A stretch of 64,000 nucleotides of DNA from Verrucomicrobiales bacterium (GTDB lineage Bacteria > Verrucomicrobiota > Verrucomicrobiia > Limisphaerales > J093). Below are positions 28,645-39,331 of this stretch, piece after piece. The DNA lies in NCBI GenBank assembly GCA_024233215.1, contig JACKPW010000001.1:91734-155733 (forward strand). The letters are read 5' to 3'. Below the pieces are notes generated by a model. That model worked only from the letters and a program-made list of their open reading frames with translations. It did not search any database and was not told the origin of the DNA. A program made the translations under genes and the position numbers. Every line of letters starts with the position of its first letter. Within the stretch, counting starts at the first letter, position 1.

Positions 28645-28860
28645 GGTTCTTCAATCGTTCGATCTGCTATCAATGATAGCGCTCGGATCGCATTGTCCAA
28701 GGATTTGTTTCCGGCAATTCGCATGTTGGCGTGGAGCGCGGGCTGGCAGCCGGGACCTGGCGCGACAGTGCCTTGAGCCGGTACCATGTGGGCGCTGTGC
28801 GTGACGGAGTCTCCGGGCACGAGGATTGTGGAGTCGTCATCGGGATGGTATTCAGAGCTC

Positions 28861-30612
28861 ATGCACTCGCGATTTCTGCAAGGCACACTCGCCCTCATCG
28901 CCGGCGCGATGATGGGAGGGACCTCCTCGGTCGGGGCCGACGCCGTCCGGTTCGATCCCGTGATTCGGGACATCGAGGGATGGACCGTGGAGGTGGATCC
29001 GGCATTGCTCGAGGGGGAACATGCGGAGGAGGGGCGACGCGCACTCACGATGCTGGCGAACCACCTTCAGCGGATCAGCATCCTCGTGCCGGAGGAAGCG
29101 CTTGCCCGCCTCAAACAGATCGGGATTTGGATCGAGCGCAGCCATCCCCGTCTGAAGGCGATGCAGTATCATCCCAGCAAGGAGTGGCTGGTGGAGCATG
29201 GACACGATCCGCGCCTTGCCAGGAAGGTGCACATCACCCACGCGCGGGAGTTGCTGTCGCGTGAGCAGATGCTGAAGCATCCGGCCGTGATTCTCCATGA
29301 GCTGGCCCACGCCTATCACGATCAGGTCCTGGGCTTTGACAATCCGGAGATTCTCGCGGCCTACGAGCGGGCCAAGGCCGCCGGCAGCTACGAGAACGTT
29401 CTGCTCTACACCGGAGAGCGGGTGCGGCATTACGGCCTGACCGATCACAAGGAGTATTTCGCGGAGGGCACGGAGGCCTACTTCTATCGAAACGACTTCT
29501 ACCCCTTCGTTCGAGCGGAACTCAAGGAACACGATGCGGCGCTACACGATCTGCTCAAGCAGATCTGGGAGGATGAGAGTCTTCAACAGCCGTTGTTCGT
29601 CAGCGGTCAGGACGGTTATCACACCTACCGCATTCCGGCGCTGGCGGTGACCACGAACCGGACGCTGCTCGCCTTTTGCGAAGGGCGGCAGGGCGGTCGG
29701 GGCGACAGTGGAAACATCGACCTGCTGGTGAAGCGTTCCACTGACGGAGGTCGGACCTGGAGCCCGCACCAGGTGATCTGGGACGACGCCGGCAACACCT
29801 GTGGCAATCCGTCGCCGGTAGTGGACGAGTCGACCGGGACGATCTGGCTCCTCATGACGTGGAATCGTGGCGACGATCACGAAAGCCAGATCATTGCGCA
29901 AACGAGCCGGGACACGCGCCGCGTTTTCGTAACGCGATCCGTTGATGATGGGCGGACCTGGGCTGCGCCCGAAGAGATCACCGGATCGGCGAAACTTCCG
30001 AACTGGACCTGGTATGCCACCGGGCCGGGCGCGGGAATCCAACTGCGGAACAGCGACGCGCGCGGTCGGTTGGTGATTCCCTGCGATCACATCGAGGCGG
30101 GGACGAAGCGCTACTTCTCGCACGTCATCTATTCCGACGACCACGGTCGGACCTGGAAACTGGGGGGCACCACGCCGCAGGACCAGGTCAACGAGTGCGA
30201 GGTGGTCGAACTCAAGGACGGGCGCCTCCTGCTCAACATGCGCAATTACGATCGCTCGAAGCATCAACGTCAGGTTGCGTTCAGTGAGGACGGCGGGCTG
30301 ACTTGGAAGAGTCAGCGTTTCGATGTTGCGCTGGTCGAACCGATCTGTCAGGCGAGCATCCGCCGTTGTGGCGACGTCATTCTCTTTTCCAACCCGGCCA
30401 GCGAGAAGAGCCGCGTGAACCTGACCGTGCGGCTGAGCGACGACGAAGGCCTGACCTGGCAGGCGGCACGCGCCCTGTGGGCCGGACCGGCCGCGTACTC
30501 CGACCTGGCCGATCTCGGCGGTGGTCGGGCTGCCTGTCTCTACGAACGCGGCGACACCCAACCGTACGAGACCATCACCTTCGCGAGCTTCGGTCTCGGT
30601 TGGCTGCGGTGA
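28861..30612 (+). CDS. secreted two-domain protein: N-terminal HExxH zincin-like domain fused to GH33 sialidase/BNR-repeat beta-propeller
   Basis: In-frame ATG 28861 with signal peptide. HELAHAYH plus downstream E ([10 protein letters not shown]). Then YRIPAL (sialidase RIP motif) and five Asp-box/BNR repeats ([40 protein letters not shown]). Confidence 0.75.
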   Translation: MHSRFLQGTLALIAGAMMGGTSSVGADAVRFDPVIRDIEGWTVEVDPALLEGEHAEEGRRALTMLANHLQRISILVPEEALARLKQIGIWIERSHPRLKAMQYHPSKEWLVEHGHDPRLARKVHITHARELLSREQMLKHPAVILHELAHAYHDQVLGFDNPEILAAYERAKAAGSYENVLLYTGERVRHYGLTDHKEYFAEGTEAYFYRNDFYPFVRAELKEHDAALHDLLKQIWEDESLQQPLFVSGQDGYHTYRIPALAVTTNRTLLAFCEGRQGGRGDSGNIDLLVKRSTDGGRTWSPHQVIWDDAGNTCGNPSPVVDESTGTIWLLMTWNRGDDHESQIIAQTSRDTRRVFVTRSVDDGRTWAAPEEITGSAKLPNWTWYATGPGAGIQLRNSDARGRLVIPCDHIEAGTKRYFSHVIYSDDHGRTWKLGGTTPQDQVNECEVVELKDGRLLLNMRNYDRSKHQRQVAFSEDGGLTWKSQRFDVALVEPICQASIRRCGDVILFSNPASEKSRVNLTVRLSDDEGLTWQAARALWAGPAAYSDLADLGGGRAACLYERGDTQPYETITFASFGLGWLR

Positions 30613-30913
30613 ACCCCACGCAACGGTGGATTCGCGGAAGCCCTGAAGATGGAGCGGGGACGGCTCGTCCCCGGCATGGGGCTTGGCGGAGCGGGGGGCA
30701 ACGGGCTGTAGGCTCTCGGACTCAGGGATCCGATCCGGGGCTCTCCCCGGCTCCACGACTCCCCGCATTTTGTATTGGTGCGGTTCTTCGCCATTTGGTA
30801 ACAGGAGGGCGACAAGTTATCAGCCCTTCGGCCGCCCCGGGAGCCCGTCGCTCCGATCCGGAAGGTTGGGGAGGGCTGGAACCCGTTGGGCATCGAAGCA
30901 CAGGCACAGGCTT

Positions 30914-33088
30914 ATGTTGGAAATCTTCCTTTACGTCGTCGGAGGCATTGTGGCGGTCCTGTTCGTCTCCGTCTTCCTGGTCTGCATTCGCAAGATCCAG
31001 CCCGGTCGGGCCGGCGTGAAGACCGGTTGGGGCGGCATCAAGGTGTCCTTCGACTACATGATCCGCCTGCCCCTGCTGCAGACCTATCACATCGTCGACA
31101 TCTCGGTGAAGAAACTCGAGATCTCGCGCAAGGGAAAGGACGGTCTGGTCTGCAAGGACAACATCCGCGCCGACATCACGGTCGCCTTCTACATCCGGGT
31201 GGAGGCCACGGAGGAGAGCGTCCGGAAGGTCGCCCAGATGCTGACGCCCGAACGGGTGTCCGACATGGACAAGCTGCGCGAGTTGTTCGAGGCCAAGTTC
31301 TCGGAGGCGCTCAAGACCGCGGGCAAACAGATGGAGTTCCACGAGTTGTTCACGGAGCGCATCAAGTTCCGCGACCGGATCCAGGACACCATTGGCAAGG
31401 ATCTCGACGGCTTCCTGTTGCAGGACGTCGCCATCGATTATCTGGAGCAGTCCCCGCTCGAGGAGCATGATCCCAGCAACGTGCTCGATGCCGAGGGCAT
31501 CAAGAAGATCACGCAGATCACGCAGCGCGAACGGGTCATTGCCAACGAACACACCCAGCGCGCCGCCGTCCAGATCGAGAAGGAGAACGCCGACGCCGAG
31601 ATCGCCAAGCGCGAGCAAAAGCGCCGGAACGAGGAGGACTCCGCCAAGCAGCAGCGCGCCATCACCGAGGTTCAGGCCAACGAGGAGGCCGAGGCGCGCA
31701 AGGTGATTGAGGTCCGTCGCATGGAGGTGGAGGGCAAGCGCATCGAGACCGACGAATCCATCCGCCTCCGTACCGAGGACATGAACCGCGCCGTCCAGGA
31801 ACGCGAATACACCGTTCGCAAGGAGAAGGAGCGGTTGGAGCAGGAGGCGGTCCAGGAAGGGGAGGAGGCCCGCGTCCGTCGCGAACGCACCGTCTCACTG
31901 GCGGACATGGACAAGGAGGTCAAGGTGGCCGAGGCCGCGGTCGAGGTGGAACGGAAGCGCGCGATTGTGGTGGCCGAGCAGAAGGCCGTGGTCCAGCAGG
32001 AGGAGGAGAAGCTGAACATCGAGGCGGAGATGACGGCGAACCGCGTTCGCGAGGTCACGTTGATCGAGGCCGACATGAACGCCAAGAAGGCCCAGGTCGA
32101 GAAGGTCGTGGCCGCCGAGGCGCAGAAGGATGCGGACCGGCACCTGGCCGAGGCCGAAAAGATCAAGGCGGTCGTGGCCGCCGAGGCCGGTCGGGAAGCC
32201 GCGCTACGCGAATCCGAGCGCATCCAGACCCTGGCCGATGCGGAGGCGAAGGCCTCGGACAAGAAGCGCCACGCGATGGAACAGGAAGCCGAGGGGTTGG
32301 CCGCGCAGGAGGCGGCACCGGGTTTGGCGGAGGCCCGCGTGATCACCGCCAAGGCGGGCGCCAAGAAGGCGGACGCGGAAGGCGTGCGCGAACTGGGACT
32401 GGCGGAGGCCGACGTCATCAAGGCGAAGGGCACTTCGACGGCCGAAATCACGGAGCAGCAGGCCGAGGCCGAGGCCGAGGGGGTGAAGGACAAGGAACTG
32501 GCGACCGCTGCCGGCATCGAGGCCAAGGGCCTGGCCGAAGCCAGGGGCATCGAGGAAAAGGCGAAGGCGATGAAGTTGCTCCAGGCCGCCAGCCAGCAGC
32601 ACGAGGAGTTCCGCCTCAAGCTGGCGAAGGAACGCGACGTGGATCTGGCCGCGCTCAACGTGCAACGGGAGATCGCCAAGGCGCATTCCACCGTGGTGGG
32701 CGAGGCCCTCAAGCACGCCAACATCGACATCGTCGGCGGCGAGAACGACTTCTTCGAGAAGATCGTCCGCTCGGTCGGCAACGGGAAATCCGTGGACCGG
32801 CTGCTCGAAAACAGCCGGGCGCTGCGCGACGTCAAGAACACGTTCTTCACCGGCGACCGGGAACAGCTCAAGTCGCAGTTGCAGCAGTGGGCCCGGGATT
32901 TCAACGTCGGTTCCGAGGACATCAAGAACCTCACGGTGGCGGCGTTGCTGGCGAAGTTCATGGCATCGACCGACGACAACGTCTTGAAGTCGCTGCTGGA
33001 GTCTGCCCGGGGAATGGTGCAGGAGGCCGGGTTGGCGGATCTCAAGGCTTCCGTCCTGTTGGAGGACAAGAAACCGGCGAAGGCCTGA
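30914..33088 (+). CDS. flotillin-like SPFH/band-7 membrane protein with long Glu/Ala/Lys-rich coiled-coil (~724 aa)
   Basis: In-frame ATG 30914 (MLEIFLYVVGGIVAVLFVSVFLV, N-terminal TM). SPFH core (GWGGIKVSFDYMIRLPLLQTYHIVDISVKKLEISRKGKDGLVCKDNIRADITVAFYIRV). ~450 aa of EAxK-type heptad-rich flotillin-domain sequence. Confidence 0.85.
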   Translation: MLEIFLYVVGGIVAVLFVSVFLVCIRKIQPGRAGVKTGWGGIKVSFDYMIRLPLLQTYHIVDISVKKLEISRKGKDGLVCKDNIRADITVAFYIRVEATEESVRKVAQMLTPERVSDMDKLRELFEAKFSEALKTAGKQMEFHELFTERIKFRDRIQDTIGKDLDGFLLQDVAIDYLEQSPLEEHDPSNVLDAEGIKKITQITQRERVIANEHTQRAAVQIEKENADAEIAKREQKRRNEEDSAKQQRAITEVQANEEAEARKVIEVRRMEVEGKRIETDESIRLRTEDMNRAVQEREYTVRKEKERLEQEAVQEGEEARVRRERTVSLADMDKEVKVAEAAVEVERKRAIVVAEQKAVVQQEEEKLNIEAEMTANRVREVTLIEADMNAKKAQVEKVVAAEAQKDADRHLAEAEKIKAVVAAEAGREAALRESERIQTLADAEAKASDKKRHAMEQEAEGLAAQEAAPGLAEARVITAKAGAKKADAEGVRELGLAEADVIKAKGTSTAEITEQQAEAEAEGVKDKELATAAGIEAKGLAEARGIEEKAKAMKLLQAASQQHEEFRLKLAKERDVDLAALNVQREIAKAHSTVVGEALKHANIDIVGGENDFFEKIVRSVGNGKSVDRLLENSRALRDVKNTFFTGDREQLKSQLQQWARDFNVGSEDIKNLTVAALLAKFMASTDDNVLKSLLESARGMVQEAGLADLKASVLLEDKKPAKA

Positions 33089-33745
33089 TTGCTTGTGGTT
33101 GTGCCCACCCAGGCGGGATCAGTGGTTCGGTGGCTGAAGTCCCGGCTTCGGCACGGGGGGCCAGGGAGGTTCGGCGCAACCTTCGGAGCCCTGTTGGGTT
33201 TGGCCGTTGTCGTGGTGGGGTGTTCGGGATCGGGTGGCGAGGACGCCGCCGACATGTCGAAGACCACTGAGGCGACTGAAAGCGACCTTACGACCAAGGT
33301 TTTCGAGCGGGACACGGACGGGGATGGCAAGCCTGACTTTCGCATGGAGACCTTCCTCCGAGGGGGGCGAAAGGTCTTGGTGCTCACCAGCAAGCCCGAT
33401 CAAAAGGGGGGTATGATCGTTCGGACGAGGTCCTACTTGGTGGGTGGAAACAGCGTCTTCACGGAGGCGGACGAGGATGGGGACGGCGTCTTCGAGAGGT
33501 TGGTTGCCTGGCTTCCACAGACCAATGTTGTTGAGGTGTTTGTTCGCCGGCCGGACGGGACAGTGCGTCCGGCCGGAACGAGGGTGGTTGAGCTGTATGA
33601 GGAGCAACTGTCCGCGATGGACGACTTCTTTGAGGAGGTGTTCGAAAGAGGCGCCGATCTTGTTGACTCGGAGGACCTCGGGGAGTTGTTGCACAAGGCG
33701 CAGAAGCGGATTCAAGACGCCGAGGCTGAGAAGAGGCGACAGTAG
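33089..33745 (+). CDS. small lipoprotein (lipobox VVGC), acidic, function unknown
   Basis: Starts 1 nt after the flotillin stop (TTG/GTG start candidates 33089-33150). LGLAVVVVGCSGSGGED lipobox. Asp-rich calcium-binding-like DTDGDGKPD, DEDGDGVFE. Confidence 0.5.
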   Translation: MLVVVPTQAGSVVRWLKSRLRHGGPGRFGATFGALLGLAVVVVGCSGSGGEDAADMSKTTEATESDLTTKVFERDTDGDGKPDFRMETFLRGGRKVLVLTSKPDQKGGMIVRTRSYLVGGNSVFTEADEDGDGVFERLVAWLPQTNVVEVFVRRPDGTVRPAGTRVVELYEEQLSAMDDFFEEVFERGADLVDSEDLGELLHKAQKRIQDAEAEKRRQ

Positions 33746-33770
33746 GTAGTCACCGGAGTCCACGTAAGTT

Positions 33771-36700
33771 ATGGCCGAAGTCCCTGGACAACCGAATCTC
33801 CCCGAGCAGGAAACCTCCGTCGCTCCCGTCCCCGGAAAGACGGCGACTCAAGCGGCACCGGCTCTCGGCGACGCGACCTACGAGATCATCCGGCAACGGT
33901 TGGACACCCACGCGGCCACGTTGCGCGAACGGCTGAGTCGGTTGGATGCGCGGCGGCAGGAGGTCTTTGGCGCCATCGAATACAAGCTGCTGCAGGCCGA
34001 TCGTATCGTCACGGCCAACAACTGTGTGCCCCGCGACATGGTGCCGCTGGCGGGCGGGCGCTTCCTGTTTGGTTTCAACGTGCGTTTCGGGCTCAAACAG
34101 GAGATCGATTTGGCCGACGTGTTCGCGATCTACCACCGCGACGAAACCACCGGCGCCTGGAAGGAGGCCGGGTTGGACCCGCTGCAGGACGCCGCGTTCC
34201 TCCGCGATTTCAAGCGTCTGTACAACGTCTATGCGAAGACTGTTTTCCGGAAGTTCTCGGTGATCGACGGTCAGCTTTACCTGGTGTTCGGCGTGGGCGC
34301 CGGCGTGGAAGACATCGCCGTCTTCAAGTGGGCTTACAACGACGGCGAACCGCGTTATGTCGATGGTCGGGCGGAGGCGGACTTTCGGCGGGTCGGGTTT
34401 CCGGCGGCGCACGCCTTTCGGTGGCAGATTCCGGATCGCGAGTCCTTCCGTTACGGCGACCACCCGCATCTCTCGATCGAGGACCGGGTCTTCGTGGAGT
34501 GCATCGGGGGCGACCTGACGATCAAGGTGGAGGACAACACGGCGAGCGGTGAGGGCATTTACGAGGAACCGGTCGAGGACCGATACCAGAAGGTGGATGA
34601 CGCGGAAGTGGCCTACGCGGCGTTGGACCATCTGATCCTGCTGAAGATTCGTCCCTACAAGGAAACGGTCACCCGCTACTTCATCTTCAACGAGAAGCTG
34701 CGGCAGGTGGTGCGGGTGGATTCAATCGGCGAATCCTGCGTGCGGTTGCCGGAGGATCAAGGGTTGGTGTTCCCGGACGGCTACTACCTGTCGACGGGTG
34801 AACTGAAACGGTTCGAAGGGCGAACCGTTGGGATGCTCATCGAGCGCGTGATCCCGGCACCGAACGGCGAGGACACGTTGTTCGTGTTCTACAACCGGAC
34901 GAGCGGCGAATACGTGTTGATGCCCTACCGGTTGATCCAACAACGGATCGAGGAGCGGCTGACCTGCCAGGGCTTTTCCCTGTTTCCCAACGGTCATTTG
35001 CTCTCCTTTCGCGCGGAACCGGAGGCACAGAAACACCATCTCATCCAGCTTCGCCAGACCCCGTTCCACCAAGCCGGTCACGAGCCGCCCGGCCAGAAGG
35101 AGGCGTTCCTTTACCAAGTGGGCAACAAGGACGTGGTGCGCGCCCTTTCGGATGGCACCGAAATCCTGACCCTCCTGCGCAAGCCCGATCCTTACGCCGC
35201 GCTCTACACCGACCTCGTCAAACGCTGTGAAGCGGTGCTCGATTCCTACCCGTGGCTCGCGTCGCCGGATGGGTTCGGAGTCGATGAGGCCCTGCGGGCG
35301 GTCCGGGGCGCGGCGGACAAGGCGGTTGCCGAATTCGACAAGGTGCGGCGACTTCGGGCGGAAGCGGCGCGGCAGGTGAAGGAAATCCGCACGCGTTGTC
35401 AGGACCGGTTTGACCTGATCCGGCGCGCCGATTTCAAGAGCCTCAACGACTTTGTCCAGCACCTGACCGCACTCCGGCAGTTGCGGGGCGAGTTGATCAC
35501 GCTGCGCGAGGTGCGGTACATCGATGTCGCGGCGCTTGACGCCGTCGAGGAGACGGTCACGAAACAGGGCGAACACCTCTCGGCGGCCTGCGTGAAGTTC
35601 CTGTTGCGTCCGGAAGCGCTCGAACCGTATCGGAAGGAGGCGGCCTCGCAGTTGGCGGCGGTCGATTCGGTGACCAAGGTCGCCGAGGGACGCGACCTCG
35701 AGAAGACCGTGGCGAAGACCGGTGGCGAACTCGAGATGCTCATCGAAATCGTCAACGGGTTGAAGATCGAGGATGCCACCGAAACGACGCGGATCATCGA
35801 CAGCATCACGGCGGTCTTTGCGACGTTGAACCAGGTTCGGGCGGCGCTGAAGCAGCGACTCAAGAGCCTGGCGGCCGCCGAAGGCGCGGCCCAGTTCGAT
35901 GCCCAGATGAAGCTGCTGGGGCAGTCGGCGGCCAGTTACCTCGACCTGTGCGACACCCCCGCCCGTTGCGACGAGTACCTCAACCGGATCTCCGTCCAGA
36001 TCGAGGAACTTGAAGGTGCATTCGCGGATTTCGAGGAATACACCGTCCAGCTGGCCGAACGGCGCACCGAGCTTTACGAGGCGTTCGAGCAACGCAAAGT
36101 CGCCCTCGTCGAGCAACGCAACAAACGGGCCAACGCCCTCATGACCGCCGCCGAGCGGGTGTTGAAGGTCATTCGCAACCGGTTGGCCGGCTTCCAGACG
36201 CTCGACGCGATCAACGCCTACATGGCGTCGGACCTGATGATCGCCCGGGTCCGGGAGACCATCGACCAGCTGCTCGCTCTTGAGGATTCGGTCAAGGCGG
36301 ACGATTTGCAGGGCCGGCTGAAGAGCGCCCAGCAGGAGGCGGTCCGGCAGTTGAAGGATCGCCAGGAGTTGTTCGTCGGCGGGCAAGACGTCATCAAGCT
36401 CGGGCGCCACCATTTCAACCGGAACACCCAGCCCCTCGACCTCACCATCGTCCAGCGCGACGGCGTCCAGCACCTGCACCTGACGAGCACCAAGTATTTC
36501 GAAGCGATCAACGATCCCGGGTTCAATGCCACGTGGGCGGTCTGGGACCAGGAACTGGTTTCGGAAAACGCCGACGTCTATCGAGCGGAGTACCTCGCCT
36601 GGCAATTGCTGAAGCAAACCGATGGGAGCGCGGGCGGCCCGGCCGCAGCAGCCGGGGAGCCGTTTGGCACGAAGTCGGCGGAACCGCCGGACAGGCGCAC

Positions 36701-39317
36701 GGGGAGGGAGATGCTGCAGCGTTCCAGGGGACCGTCGGGCGGGCCGCCCGACGGGACAGGCGGGCCGCCTGTGCTCCCGGAGGAGTCACATCTCGCTCAG
36801 GTACAGGCATTCGCCGCCACCCGGTATCAGGAGGGTTACACCAAGGGGGTGCACGATCTGGACGCCGCGCTGATTTCCCGCGCGTTGCTGTCGACCCATG
36901 CCGCCTTGGGACTTGCCCGTTACCGTCCCGCTGCCCGGGGCTGCGCCGCCGTCTTCTGGCACCGTTTCTGTCCGGAGAACGTGAAGACCCTTTGGACGCA
37001 CAAGCTTGCCGCCTTCGCGGAGCGTAACCGGTTGTTCCCCGGCGACCCCACCCAACGCGACTACGTCATGGCACTGGCGAGACTGCTCAAGGGATTCGCC
37101 GAGGGCACCGGGCTCTTTCCGACTGCGCTCGCGGACGAGGCGGGCGGTTATCTTTTTCAGCAGCTCACCGCCGGCGGGCCGTTTGTGGTCAGCCGGGAAG
37201 GGGACCGGTTGCTGGCCGGGTTCCGCCAGCACTTGGTACAGCAGGATCGCGAGACGGCATTCACGGAATCGCGCCAACGCCTCGCCGATCATCCGGAGAG
37301 CGAACTCGAACTGGTCCGGGACTGGGTGCGCGGTTTTCTCCTCAACCGGCCGGAAACCCAGCGCCACCTGGATGAGGTGGTCGGCGTGCTGTTTTGCGGC
37401 GAGGCGTTCGAGGGCCGGCCGGTGGAAGCCGACAGCGCGTGCGAGATCGAGGGGCTGAAGGGGAGCCATCGCCGGATTCAGGACGGGCGCTACCATTTCG
37501 ATTACCTCGACTTTAGGGATCGCCTCGAGCATTTCGCATCGACCGTCCAGCCGGAGTTCGAGCGGTTCCATGCACTCAAGCAACAGCTCCTGCAACGCGA
37601 ACGCGAACGGCTGCGGCTCGAGGAATTCTCGCCGCGCGTCCTCACTTCCTTCGTCCGGAACCAGCTGATCGACGAGGTCTACCTGCCGCTCATCGGCGAC
37701 AACCTGGCCAAACAGGTCGGTGCCGCGGGCGATCGGAAACGCACCGACCTGATGGGCCTGCTCCTGCTGATCTCCCCGCCGGGCTACGGCAAGACCACGT
37801 TGATGGAATACATCGCCAACCGGCTGGGCATCATCTTTGTCAAGGTGAACGGACCGGCCCTGGGCGATCGGGTGACTTCACTGGATCCGGCCGACGCGCC
37901 CAACGCCGCGGCCCGCGAGGAGATCGAGAAACTCAACCTTGCCCTGGAGATGGGGGACAATGCGATGCTCTACGTCGACGACATCCAGCATTGCAGTCCG
38001 GAGTTTCTCCAGAAGTTCATCTCGCTGTGCGATGCGCAGCGGAAGATCGAGGGCGTGTGGCGGGGGCGTTCGCGCACCTACGATTTGCGCGGCCGGAAGG
38101 TGGTCGTGGTCATGGCCGGGAATCCCTACACCGAAAGCGGACAGAAATTCCGCATTCCGGACATGCTGGCGAACCGCGCCGATACCTACAACCTCGGCGA
38201 CATCATCGGCGGCAATCCGGCCTGGTTCAAAGCCAGTTACCTCGAGAACGCCGTCACGTCGAACGCGCTCCTTGCACCACTGGCCAACAAGAGCCAGAAC
38301 GACGTCCGGCATTTCATTCGACTGGCCGAGACCGGCGAGCGCGATCTCAGCGGCTTTGACGGGAGCTACTCGGCGCAGGAGGTCGACGAGATCCTGTCCG
38401 TGATGAAGAAACTGGTGCAGCTCCGCGAAGTCATCCTGCGGGTCAACCAGGAGTATATCGCCTCCGCCGCCCAGGCCGACGAGTTCCGCACCGAACCGCC
38501 GTTCAAGCTCCAGGGATCCTATCGGAACATGAACCGGCTTGCGGAGAAGGTGGTGCCGGTCATGACCGACGAGGAAGTGAGCGCGCTGGTTCTGGAACAC
38601 TACCGGGGCGAGGCGCAGACGCTCACGACCGGGGCCGAGGCGAATCTTCTGAAGTTCAGGGAACTCGTGGGTGCGCAGACCGAATCCGAGGCCTCGCGTT
38701 GGCAGGAGATCAAGCGCACGTTCAATCGAAACCAACGTACGGGACGCGTGGACCCGTCGGATTCGGTCGGTCGCGTGGTGGCGCAGTTGGCCGGTTTCCA
38801 GGACGGTCTCGAGTCAATTCAGAACACATTGGCGCAACGCCTTACGGAGACGCGCCCGCCGGTGACCCTGGATCTGGGGCCGGTGGCGGAAGGGCTTGCC
38901 GGCATTCGTGCGGTCGTCGAGCAGCAACTTGCCGGCGTCAACCAGGCCACGCAGCCGGAGGTTCGTCCTGATCCCGGGGAACTGGCACGCCAGTTGAGCG
39001 AGGGACTCCACGCCTTACGTTCCGACCTCAGCCGCGCGATCACCGAGGTTCACACGGGCGCGATGGCGGAGAAAGTCACCAGCCTGTCGCACGAAATGGA
39101 GATGTTGCACAGCACGCTGGCCACTTTGAAGGACGTCGCGGCCCGGCAGCGCGATTATCTTCGGAACGTCGAGGCCATGCTGGTCGAGCAGGCCCGGAAG
39201 GGGGCGGTTGAATTTGAGTTGACCCAGGAGATGCTGACGAACGAACAGGCGTTCCTGGACAAGTTCCATGAGATGCTCGGCGAAAGGGAAGCGCCGCCAC
39301 CACCGGCGGCGACTTGA
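33771..39317 (+). CDS. giant (1848 aa) multidomain protein with C-terminal-third MoxR/AAA_5-type ATPase core; function unknown
   Basis: Walker A LISPPGYGKTT (~37767-37799). Walker B NAMLYVDDIQH (~37965-37990). Sensor/arginine region VVVMAGNPYTESGQKFRIPDMLANRADTYNL, analogous to the MoxR ATQNP…LDRF region. >1300 aa upstream has a beta-rich N-domain and long helical regions. Starts 25 nt after the lipoprotein stop. Confidence 0.75.
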   Translation: MAEVPGQPNLPEQETSVAPVPGKTATQAAPALGDATYEIIRQRLDTHAATLRERLSRLDARRQEVFGAIEYKLLQADRIVTANNCVPRDMVPLAGGRFLFGFNVRFGLKQEIDLADVFAIYHRDETTGAWKEAGLDPLQDAAFLRDFKRLYNVYAKTVFRKFSVIDGQLYLVFGVGAGVEDIAVFKWAYNDGEPRYVDGRAEADFRRVGFPAAHAFRWQIPDRESFRYGDHPHLSIEDRVFVECIGGDLTIKVEDNTASGEGIYEEPVEDRYQKVDDAEVAYAALDHLILLKIRPYKETVTRYFIFNEKLRQVVRVDSIGESCVRLPEDQGLVFPDGYYLSTGELKRFEGRTVGMLIERVIPAPNGEDTLFVFYNRTSGEYVLMPYRLIQQRIEERLTCQGFSLFPNGHLLSFRAEPEAQKHHLIQLRQTPFHQAGHEPPGQKEAFLYQVGNKDVVRALSDGTEILTLLRKPDPYAALYTDLVKRCEAVLDSYPWLASPDGFGVDEALRAVRGAADKAVAEFDKVRRLRAEAARQVKEIRTRCQDRFDLIRRADFKSLNDFVQHLTALRQLRGELITLREVRYIDVAALDAVEETVTKQGEHLSAACVKFLLRPEALEPYRKEAASQLAAVDSVTKVAEGRDLEKTVAKTGGELEMLIEIVNGLKIEDATETTRIIDSITAVFATLNQVRAALKQRLKSLAAAEGAAQFDAQMKLLGQSAASYLDLCDTPARCDEYLNRISVQIEELEGAFADFEEYTVQLAERRTELYEAFEQRKVALVEQRNKRANALMTAAERVLKVIRNRLAGFQTLDAINAYMASDLMIARVRETIDQLLALEDSVKADDLQGRLKSAQQEAVRQLKDRQELFVGGQDVIKLGRHHFNRNTQPLDLTIVQRDGVQHLHLTSTKYFEAINDPGFNATWAVWDQELVSENADVYRAEYLAWQLLKQTDGSAGGPAAAAGEPFGTKSAEPPDRRTGREMLQRSRGPSGGPPDGTGGPPVLPEESHLAQVQAFAATRYQEGYTKGVHDLDAALISRALLSTHAALGLARYRPAARGCAAVFWHRFCPENVKTLWTHKLAAFAERNRLFPGDPTQRDYVMALARLLKGFAEGTGLFPTALADEAGGYLFQQLTAGGPFVVSREGDRLLAGFRQHLVQQDRETAFTESRQRLADHPESELELVRDWVRGFLLNRPETQRHLDEVVGVLFCGEAFEGRPVEADSACEIEGLKGSHRRIQDGRYHFDYLDFRDRLEHFASTVQPEFERFHALKQQLLQRERERLRLEEFSPRVLTSFVRNQLIDEVYLPLIGDNLAKQVGAAGDRKRTDLMGLLLLISPPGYGKTTLMEYIANRLGIIFVKVNGPALGDRVTSLDPADAPNAAAREEIEKLNLALEMGDNAMLYVDDIQHCSPEFLQKFISLCDAQRKIEGVWRGRSRTYDLRGRKVVVVMAGNPYTESGQKFRIPDMLANRADTYNLGDIIGGNPAWFKASYLENAVTSNALLAPLANKSQNDVRHFIRLAETGERDLSGFDGSYSAQEVDEILSVMKKLVQLREVILRVNQEYIASAAQADEFRTEPPFKLQGSYRNMNRLAEKVVPVMTDEEVSALVLEHYRGEAQTLTTGAEANLLKFRELVGAQTESEASRWQEIKRTFNRNQRTGRVDPSDSVGRVVAQLAGFQDGLESIQNTLAQRLTETRPPVTLDLGPVAEGLAGIRAVVEQQLAGVNQATQPEVRPDPGELARQLSEGLHALRSDLSRAITEVHTGAMAEKVTSLSHEMEMLHSTLATLKDVAARQRDYLRNVEAMLVEQARKGAVEFELTQEMLTNEQAFLDKFHEMLGEREAPPPPAAT

Positions 39318-39331
39318 GGACGCTGCAGAGG

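Noticed and set aside
31672-36617. Minus-strand ORFs 31672..33393 (573 aa), 30722..31618, 33750..34631, 34722..36617 (631 aa), 36786..37595 and 37878..38735
   Set aside because: Antisense of the flotillin and giant ATPase genes. They are Ser/Ala/Arg low-complexity reverse readings of the EA-rich coiled-coil. There are no plausible starts or RBS context.
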